From assembly GCF_006345805.1 (NCBI RefSeq), contig NW_021829204.1, forward strand, positions 1 through 6,919: DNA of 6,919 nt, given 5' to 3'. The translations under genes and the position numbers were made by a program. The notes under the pieces were generated by a model that saw only the letters and a list, made by a program, of their open reading frames with translations, was not told where the DNA came from and ran no database searches. Positions within the stretch are counted from its first letter, which is position 1. Every line of letters starts with the position of its first letter. This DNA is from Octopus sinensis (lineage: Eukaryota). Below, in pieces: positions 1-6,337 of this stretch.

Positions 1-33
<33 letters not shown>
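1..33. repeat. (ATT)n microsatellite, runs off the window start
   Basis: Pure TAT/ATT triplets 1-33. Confidence 0.95.
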
Positions 34-143
34 CTTTTTTTTTTCTTCTTTCAAATTTGCTTCCATTTCTTGCCGAGCGTCTTCCCGACTCCTAGGGCAA
101 AGAAACTCATAGTATACATTGGTAGGCCATTAAACCAAACTTG
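34..143 (-). mobile_element. Putative retroposon 3'-end fragment embedded in (ATT)n (cassette A, family unassigned)
   Basis: The minus strand reads ...ggagtcgggaagacgctcggcaagaaatggaagcaaatttgaaagaag-A10-g-(ATA)n, i.e. complex sequence ending in oligo(A) then a TAA tail. It is flanked by (ATT)n on both sides. No coding motif recognised. Confidence 0.4.
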
Positions 144-189
144 TTATTATTATTATATTATTATTATTATTATATTATTATTATTATTA

Positions 190-220
<31 letters not shown>

Positions 221-245
221 TATTATTATTATTATTATTATTATT
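144..245. repeat. (ATT)n microsatellite with a few interruptions
   Basis: Direct reading; source of the poly-I/Y/L stretches in the ORF track. Confidence 0.95.
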
Positions 246-706
246 GAGTGAGAGAGCAGTGCATGCCATCAAAGTGACACTGGGGTAAAATATATGAAGC
301 CCAGTATACCCATCATGACTACCCGTCTGAAAAGGCACATGCATCACAACCATATGTGCGTGACATGGTGATCTCATATCAAGATAAACAGCACATGACC
401 TTGCAGGTGGGGCCCAATTAGAATTTTTTCTGGTCGAGTAACCCGTCCTGCTCAAAAGGTCCCTGAATAAGGGTTGTTTAAGGATGTTAAACGAGACATC
501 TATATTTCCAGAGGTGAATTAATCATACCGCAAAGAATCCCTCTCAACACATGGCTATGATGCTCCCCCACTACCTCTGCTCGTGATCAGAGATGCACAT
601 ATCGTCAGCCACTAAGGGACATGCTCAACTGGTTAAGGTCAAACAAATGACTAGCAAATCTGTGGTATTGAGCAGAATATTTGCTGTAGCCCATCTTTTA
701 TACCAA
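246..706. other. ~460-bp complex cassette B sharply bounded by (ATT)n; probable interspersed-repeat fragment, unclassified
   Basis: Mixed-composition sequence with abrupt (ATT)n junctions at both ends. On the minus strand it ends ...ctctctcactc-(AAT)n, like a retroposon 3' end. The ORFs 216-455 and 593-853 resemble no protein I recognise. Confidence 0.35.
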
Positions 707-761
<55 letters not shown>

Positions 762-775
762 TATTATTATTATTA
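707..775. repeat. (ATT)n microsatellite; 3' tail/target of the R4/Dong fragment
   Basis: Direct reading; lies immediately 3' (minus strand) of the element 3'UTR. Confidence 0.95.
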
Positions 776-1136
776 ATCAGTAGTTCTATTATTATAGCGT
801 GCTTTTACTTCACTACCGAGCGCAGCTCTGTGTGCCTTGGGTATGTGCTGTGATTTGCTGTGATGCTCTGATGGTTATTGTATGGAAAGTGTTCTGTGTA
901 GGATGTGTGCAGTGCCTAGTAGTGCAATTTTCTGTATGTTACATGCGTTTGTAAGTCCTGGTGTTTTTGTTATGTATTTGTCTGAATATATTTTTATCAT
1001 GCCTAATGCACCTACTATGATAGGAATTGTTTCTGTTTTCAGATTCCACATTCTGGTTACCTCTATTTCCAGGTCTTTGTATTTTGAAAGTTTCTCCATT
1101 TCTTTTAGAGACACGTTGTCATCTGCCGGTATTGAT
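776..1136 (-). mobile_element. 5'-truncated R4/Dong-clade non-LTR retrotransposon (RLE C-terminus plus ~100-bp 3'UTR)
   Basis: The minus frame reads SIPADDNVSLKEMEKLSKYKDLEIEVTRMWNLKTETIPIIVGALG...IQKIALLGTAHILHRTLSIQ*. This matches the (D)xxIPxD..KE.EK..KY.DL..E...W / PI(V/I)VGALG / QK..LLGT..IL pattern of R4-clade RLE C-termini. The stop is at 875-877, followed by a short UTR and a (TAA)n tail. Confidence 0.85.
875..1135 (-). pseudogene. Coding remnant: C-terminal ~86 aa of an RLE-type retrotransposon ORF
   Basis: The frame of ORF 875-1114 stays open upstream (S-I-P-A-D-D-N) into the microsatellite. There is no true start, RT domain or upstream PD motif. Confidence 0.8.
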
Positions 1137-1155
1137 GATGATGATTATTATATTA

Positions 1156-1212
<57 letters not shown>

Positions 1213-1231
1213 CATTATATTATAATTATTA
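1137..1231. repeat. (GAT)3 then (ATT)n microsatellite at the 5' junction of the R4/Dong fragment
   Basis: Direct reading. Confidence 0.93.
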
Positions 1232-1647
1232 TACTCTTTTTTTACTCTTTTACTTGTTTCAGTCATTTGACTGCGGCCATGCTGGAGCACCGCCTTTAGT
1301 CGAGCAAATCGAGCCCGGGACTTATTCTTTGTAAGCCCAGTACTTATTCTATCGGTCTCTTTTGCCGAACCGCTAAGTGACGGGGACGTAAACACACCAG
1401 CATCGGTTGTCAAGCAATGCTAGAGGGACAAACACGGACAAACATATACACACACCCATCTATATATATATATATACATATATACGACAGGCTTCTTTCA
1501 GTTTCCGTCTACCAAATCCACTCACAAGGCTTTTGTCGGCCCGGGGCTATAGCAGAAGACACTTGCCCAAGGTGTCACGCAGTGGGACTGAACCCAGAAC
1601 CATGTGGTTGGTTAGCAAGCTACTTACCACACAGCCACTCCTGTGCC
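1232..1647 (-). mobile_element. tRNA-derived CORE-like SINE, family 1, copy 1 (full length)
   Basis: Reverse complement of copy 5. It has a head ggcacaggagTGGCTGTGTGG (A box) with a GGTTCAGTCC B box, a ccttgggcaagtgtcttc CORE-like motif, an internal (TA/TG)n tract and a (TAAAAGAG)n tail. Confidence 0.92.
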
Positions 1648-1700
1648 ATTATTATTAGTATTATTATTATTATTATCGTTATCATTATTATCAATATTAT
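1648..1700. repeat. Degenerate (ATT)n
   Basis: ATT triplets with substitutions. Confidence 0.85.
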
Positions 1701-1766
1701 TCAGGTCACTGCCTGGAATCGAGCTCGGAATCTTGTGGTTAGTAGCCGCGCTCTGAAGCACCATGC
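1701..1766 (-). mobile_element. tRNA-like Pol III head of a third SINE type, directly followed by (AAT)n
   Basis: The minus strand reads gcatggtgcttcagagcgcggctactaaccacaagattccgaGCTCGATTCCaggcagtgacctgaa. The B-box-like GCTCGATTCC (1715-1724) is one mismatch from GTTCGATTCC, and the A-box/D-loop is degenerate. Confidence 0.55.
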
Positions 1767-1933
1767 TTTTGTATTTGCTTGGCAAGATTCTGGAAGTGAA
1801 TTCGTGTGTTGAAACGAATCTTGTTATGTCTTGAGAGAGCAATTAAGTCAGTTTATCTTGTTTTTATGTATTTATCTTGTTTCGGTTATTTTCTATATTC
1901 TACCAAAACGCACACATACATAAATAAATATTG

Positions 1934-1984
1934 ATATATATATATATATATATATAATATATATATATATAATATATTATATAT
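1934..1984. repeat. (TA)n microsatellite
   Basis: Direct reading. Confidence 0.9.
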
Positions 1985-2197
1985 TCTCTTTACTTTTTAC
2001 TCTTTTACTTGTTTCAGTCATTTGACTGCGGCCATGCTGGAGCACCGCCTTTAGTCGAGCAAATCGACCCCAGGACTTATTCTTTGTAAGCCAATACTTA
2101 TTCTATCGGTCTCTTTTGTCGAACCGCTAAGTGACGGGGACATAAACACACTAGCATCGGTTGTCAAGCAATGCTAGGGAGACAAACACAGACACAT

Positions 2198-2250
<53 letters not shown>

Positions 2251-2396
2251 AGGCTTCTTTCAGTTTCCGTCTACCAAATCCACTCACAAGGCATGGTCGG
2301 TCCGGGGTATAGCAGAAGATACTTGCCAAGGGCCACGCAGTGGGACTGAACCCGGAACTATGTGGTTGGTTAGCAAGCTACTTACCACACAGCCAC
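1985..2396 (-). mobile_element. SINE family 1, copy 2 (extreme 5' ~9 nt lost or degenerate)
   Basis: Colinear with copy 1. Similarity ends at ...cttaccacacagccac, and the internal tract is (CA)n(TA)n. Confidence 0.92.
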
Positions 2397-2402
2397 ACAC
2401 AC

Positions 2403-2993
2403 CATAATCTCTCGCCATATCACGGTTTATTATTTAACATTACGTCGATTCCTACGTGGTATTGTTTTGCATTTATAATAAAATAAATATATACAAATTA
2501 TAAAAATAATTAAAAGTAGCTTGTTTACCAACCACATGGTTACGGGTTCAGTCCCACTGCGTGGCACCTTGGGCAAGTGTCTTCTACTATAGCCTCAGGC
2601 CGACCAATGCCTTGTGTGTGGATTTGGTAGACGGAAACTGAAAGAAGCCCGTCGTATATATGTATATATATATATATGTATATATATGTGTATGTGTGTC
2701 TGTGTTTGTCCCCCTAGCATTGCTTGACAACCGATGCTGTTGTGTTTTACGTCCCCGTCACTTAGCGGTTCGGCAAAAGAGACCGATAAAATAAGTACTA
2801 GGCTTACAAAGAATAAGTCCCGGGGTCGATTTGCTCGACTAAAGGCGGTGCTCCAGCATGGCCGCAGTCAAATGACTGAAACAATTATGAGTAAAAGAGT
2901 AATGAGTATACTGTACAGTACTGTTTCTACTTCGTGGATTTTCACGTACGGGGGTTTTGGAATGTAACACCCGCAGTAGTCGAGGGATTACTG
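2403..2993. mobile_element. Probable pogo/Tigger-like (Tc1/mariner) MITE remnant interrupted by SINE copy 3
   Basis: The left end ca-taatctctcg (2403-2414) and the right end cgagggattactg (2981-2993; reverse complement cagtaatccctcg) form an imperfect TIR of the CAGTAATCCCTCG type. A TA follows at 2994-2995, but no TA is visible at the left end. Confidence 0.5.
2514..2908 (+). mobile_element. SINE family 1, copy 3 (5'-truncated, lacks the A box)
   Basis: Starts at aagtagcttg and keeps the B box gggttcagtccc, the CORE-like motif and the internal (TA/TG)n. The tail is gagtaaaagagtaatgagta. Confidence 0.92.
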
Positions 2994-2996
2994 TAA

Positions 2997-3039
<43 letters not shown>
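2997..3039. repeat. (TA)n microsatellite
   Basis: Direct reading. Confidence 0.92.
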
Positions 3040-3042
<3 letters not shown>

Positions 3043-3493
3043 TCTTTTACTCTTTTACTCTTTTATTTGTTTCAGTCATTTGACTGCGGCCATGCTGGAG
3101 CACTGCCTTTAGTCGATGAAATCGACCCTGGGACTTATTCTTTGTAAGCCCAGTACTTATTCTATCGGTCTCTTTTGCCGAACCGCTAGGTAACGGGGAC
3201 ATAAACACCAGCATCGGTTGTCAAGCAATGCTAGGGGTACAAACACAGACACACAAACATACAAGCACACACATTTATATATATATATATATATATATAC
3301 GACGGGCTTATTTCAGTTTCCGTCTACCAAATCCACTCACAAGGATTTGGTCGGCCCGAGGCTATAATAGAAGACACTTGTCCAAGGTGCCACGCAGTGG
3401 GACTGAACCCGGAACCATGTGGCTGGTAAGCAAGCTACTTACCCCACGGCCACTCCTGCGCCTAGCTACTTACCACACGGCCACTCCTGCGCC
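3040..3493 (-). mobile_element. SINE family 1, copy 4, with a duplicated 5' terminus
   Basis: Colinear with copies 1 and 2, and flanked by (TA)n on both sides. It carries a 31-bp tandem duplication at 3433-3463/3464-3494. Confidence 0.92.
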
Positions 3494-3513
3494 TATATAT
3501 ATATATATATATA

Positions 3514-3682
3514 GGGAGAGTTTACGAAAAAAACAAAAGACGAAGACAGGTAGTGTACAAAACAAACAGATGTATTAGTATAATGATCAGGAATAGAAAA
3601 AGTCTTTTACGTTTCGAGCCTACGCTCTTCTACAGAAAGGGACAAAAAACAAGGAGAGAAAAAATGTGTGTAGTGGATAACG
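3514..3682 (-). mobile_element. Penelope-like (pLTR-type) non-autonomous fragment within (TA)n
   Basis: Complex segment bounded by TA runs. It contains the minus-strand ...GAAGAGC-GTAG-GCTCGAAACGT... signature typical of Penelope-like terminal repeats. No RT or GIY-YIG coding sequence is present. Confidence 0.55.
3601..3643 (-). ncRNA. Minimal type I hammerhead-ribozyme-like motif with variant core (CUGUAGA)
   Basis: The minus strand reads GTCC-CTTT-CTGTAGA-A-GAGC-GTAG-GCTC-GAAA-CG-TA-AAAG-ACT. Stem I is CTTT/AAAG, stem II is GAGC/GCTC with a tetraloop, stem III is the palindrome ACGT, and the triplet is GUA. The core differs from CUGANGA at A6. Confidence 0.5.
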
Positions 3683-3701
3683 ATATATATTTATATATAT
3701 A

Positions 3702-4106
3702 CTAGCAGAACCGCCCGGCGTTGCTCGGGTTTGTAAGGGAAATAACTATATAAGCATTTTTAGAGATGTAAAGTATAATAGCCATCTCAATATAGCTAAC
3801 CACAAACGGGTGTGTTACTGTAGCTTTTTACGTTCTGAGATTTAATAATACATTTTTAGAGAGTTACTTCCCTTATATAATAGCAATGATGGTAAATATA
3901 TATACCATCATATATTATATAATGATGGTAAATTATTTTTAAAATCGTAGACTCATCGTAGACGCGCACTAATACCCAGAAGGGCTCGATGTGAATCACG
4001 ACTATAAGATACCCGGTTTTGGTTACACTGCACCGCAAAATGTGGGAGTAGTTAGGAATCTAAATCGTAGGAGACAGACACACAACTTCACTTTTATATA
4101 TAAAGA
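3702..4106 (-). mobile_element. Non-autonomous Helitron A (405 bp)
   Basis: On the minus strand it starts A|TCTTTATATATAAAAG at 4106 and ends CTAG|T at 3702. A GC-rich hairpin (CCCG-A-GC-AAC-GC-CGGG, 3714-3729) lies 8 nt before CTAG. No TSD. Confidence 0.82.
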
Positions 4107-4112
4107 TATAAA

Positions 4113-4495
4113 TCTCTCTCTATATAAACGGCAGTTTGTCTGTGTGTGTTTCTGTGTGTCTGTTAGGTTGTACCCTCACCCTGACCACGGCTTTCAACCG
4201 ATTCTTATGAAACTTGACACACACATAGCCCAATGTCATAATTCAAAACTAACGCAGCGAAAACTTTGAAAAGTTCCCCCACTTCTGAAAAAATCGATAA
4301 ATTCGACATGGTGTCAAGAATCAGAAACACAAACCACAGACTGTCTAGGGGACGCAACTCGACCTTTTTAACTCTCAAAAAAAATTTACCATAATTTTTT
4401 TCCCATTTTTTTGCTATATTTTGGCTATAACTATCTAAAAATGCTTTATAGTTATTTCCCTTACAAACCCGAGCAACGCCGGGCGATACTGCTAG
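4113..4495 (+). mobile_element. Non-autonomous Helitron B (383 bp)
   Basis: Starts A|TCTCTCTCTATATAAAC at 4113 and ends CTAG|T at 4495, with the hairpin cccgagcaacgccggg at 4468-4483. Near the 5' end it has a (TG/TCTG)-like tract and an aaccgattcttatgaaacttg motif (4196-4216), as in many short Helitrons. Confidence 0.85.
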
Positions 4496-4716
4496 TATAT
4501 ATATAAGGATAAGATCGTTATTTAAATAACGAGCAAATCAAGTGGTAACATGGGAAGACAAGAAACTTATAGCTTATATTTATTATTACAATTATAAATA
4601 AGGGTTTCTAAAAGGTACCACCATGCTTGAAATAACAGTCAAAAATCTGACTCTAGAGCCACATCATGTATCCAATACAGCACAAGGTGAAAAGACAAAT
4701 AGATAAATGAACTATA

Positions 4717-4879
4717 GGCGCAGGAGTGGCTGTGTGGTAAGTAGCTTGCCCACCAACCATATGGTTCCGGGTTCAGTCCCACTGCGTATCAGCTTGGGAA
4801 AGTGTCTTCTGCTATAGCCTCGGGCCAACCAATGCCTTGTGAGTGGATTTGGTAGACGGAAACTGAAAGAAGCCTGTCG

Positions 4880-4914
<35 letters not shown>

Positions 4915-5107
4915 TTGTGTGTCTGCGTTTGTCCCCCTAGCATTGCTTGACAACCGATGCTGGTGTGTTTACGTCCCCATCACTTAGCGGTTCGGCAAAG
5001 GAGACCGATAGAATAAGTACTGGGCTTACAAAGTTGCTCGACTAAAAGGCGGTGCTCCAGCATGGCCGCAGTCAAATGACTGAAACAAGTAAAAGAGTAA
5101 AAGAGTA
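4717..5107 (+). mobile_element. SINE family 1, copy 5 (intact head, 19-bp internal deletion)
   Basis: A box TGGCTGTGTGG at 4727-4737, B box GGTTCAGTCC at 4770-4779, and tail gtaaaagagtaaaagagta. Relative to copy 3 it lacks aataagtcccggggtcgat at 5033/5034. Confidence 0.92.
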
Positions 5108-5200
5108 ATGAAAATTGAATAATTGGGTTTCTGGCTCTGAATAAAAATACTTTGCCTTCATCAATGAAATATACTACAAATTGTACATAATTACATATAT

Positions 5201-5514
5201 TTTTTATGCGCCCTTTTCAAACCTAGCCAGGGTCATGGGTCCGGTTTCCCGGTTTCTGTGGCGTATGTGTTCTCCCACCCCCAGCTGGACGGGACGCCAG
5301 TCCATCGCAGCGTTACTCAAGAAACAGGAAGAACGAGCGCGATAAAGTTGGGGCGAAACAGTACAACAGGGGTTGCCACTAACCCCTGCCGGAACCTCGT
5401 GGAGCTTTAGGTATTTTTGCTCAATAAACACACACGCCGCCCGGTCTGGGAATCGAAACCGCGATCCTCCGACCGCGAGTCCGCTGCCCTAATCACTGGG
5501 CCATTGCGCCTCCA
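5201..5514 (-). mobile_element. tRNA-derived SINE, family 2, full length with TSD
   Basis: The minus-strand head is tggaggcgcaaTGGCCCAGTGAttagggcagcggactcgcggtcggaggatcgcggtTTCGATTCCc (A and B boxes), and the tail is short oligo(A). The flanking direct repeat attacatatat lies at 5190-5200 and 5515-5525 (12 bp if 5189/5514 are included). Confidence 0.9.
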
Positions 5515-5706
5515 ATTACATATATACACACAATCATACGAATACTTATGTATACACTTATATGCACATACTTAGTGCATATACTTAATGTAGACACCCG
5601 CCAGTGCTCAAGCTGAATTTCAACCAGTTTTTTTCTCCCCAGAACTTTCACCCCATAGGGTTTGTTGTTCTAATCACTTTTTAATTTTGGTTTTTTTTTA
5701 TTTCAG

Positions 5707-5781
5707 GTGCTCAAGCATAGTGAGATTGAACCCCAATCTACCGTGGTTAGCAGAAATTCTTTACAACATATCTATGCTTCC
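5707..5781 (-). mobile_element. Heavily decayed tRNA-SINE head relic
   Basis: gtgctcaagcatagtgagattgaaccc...gtggttagcag...ttacaacata is loosely colinear with the family-1 head gtgccacgcagtgggactgaaccc...gtggttggttagcaag...ttaccacaca. Confidence 0.35.
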
Positions 5782-5800
5782 ACACAATTCGTTGTAAATG

Positions 5801-5912
5801 AGCAACCCTGCAAAGGACTGGCGACCCGTTGAGGGGGGAGCGGGGCATGTTTCGATCTGGGTCACCGGCTGCATCAGTTCTGAGATTCTTGAGGCAATAA
5901 GGTCCGAGGGAC
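5801..5912 (+). mobile_element. Old SINE 3'-half relic sharing a central motif with family 2
   Basis: 5804-5833 (aaccctgcaaaggactggcgacccgttgag) matches the reverse complement of 5285-5314 at 24/30 without gaps. It runs directly into (GAT)n. Confidence 0.5.
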
Positions 5913-5967
5913 GATGATGGTGATGGTGGTGGTGTTAGTGGTGATGCTGATTATGATAACGATGGCA

Positions 5968-6004
<37 letters not shown>

Positions 6005-6053
6005 CGATGATGATGACGATGATGATGACGATGATGATGACGATGATGATGAT
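5913..6053. repeat. (GAT)n microsatellite with GGT/GAC variants
   Basis: Direct reading; explains the poly-M and poly-I ORFs. Confidence 0.93.
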
Positions 6054-6071
6054 GTCAATATTAGTGATCAT

Positions 6072-6337
6072 GAGGAGGAGGAGGAGGAGGATGAGAGGAG
6101 GGGAGGGAGGGGGAGATGGAGGGGGAGGTGACGAAGGTAAGAAGGGGAGTTGGGGAGGAGTGGGAGGATGGGATGGGTGGAGGAGGAAGACGAAGAAGAG
6201 GAGGGGGAGGGGAGGGGAGGAGAACGTGGAGGAGGAGGGGTAGAGGAGAAGGTAGGGGAGGAGGAGGTAGAGGAGGACAAGGAGGAGGAGGAGGAGGAAG
6301 AGGACGAGGAAGAGGAGGAGGAAGAGAAGGAGGAAGA
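6072..6337. repeat. Polypurine (GAG/GGA)-rich low-complexity tract
   Basis: The plus strand is almost all G/A for ~265 bp; explains the poly-E/G/R and poly-P/S/L ORFs. Confidence 0.92.

Noticed and set aside
70-1842. ORFs with poly-I/Y/L/N runs, including the 150-aa plus-strand ORF 882-1334
   Set aside because: They are translations of (ATT)n tracts and SINE sequence. 882-1334 is the antisense of the RLE fragment plus microsatellite.
1407-3578. Recurrent similar peptides (MSSNAR.., ..GTEPGTMWLVSKLLT.., ..SLSGSAKETD..) suggesting a gene family
   Set aside because: They recur only because they are read from copies of the same SINE; frames and lengths are not conserved.
3701-4496. Single MITE/foldback element with 64-bp TIRs
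   Set aside because: Each end is a Helitron hairpin-CTAG 3' terminus, and two internal A|TC 5' starts are present. Two Helitrons explain it better.
4717-4790. Functional tRNA genes at the SINE heads (also 5440-5514 and 1701-1766)
   Set aside because: A/B boxes are present, but I could not build a complete cloverleaf, and each head continues into SINE body or microsatellite.
1232-5107. CRISPR-like array or local segmental duplication of the ~400-bp units
   Set aside because: The units have mixed orientation, unrelated flanks and independent truncations, which indicates separate SINE insertions.
4706-5112. aatgaa on both sides of SINE copy 5 as a TSD
   Set aside because: It is only 6 bp, AT-rich, and offset 5 nt from the 5' end; not convincing.
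5604-5716. 10-bp direct repeat gtgctcaagc (5604-5613, 5707-5716) as a TSD
   Set aside because: No element hallmarks lie between the copies, and a 10-mer repeat at this spacing is expected by chance in a window this size.
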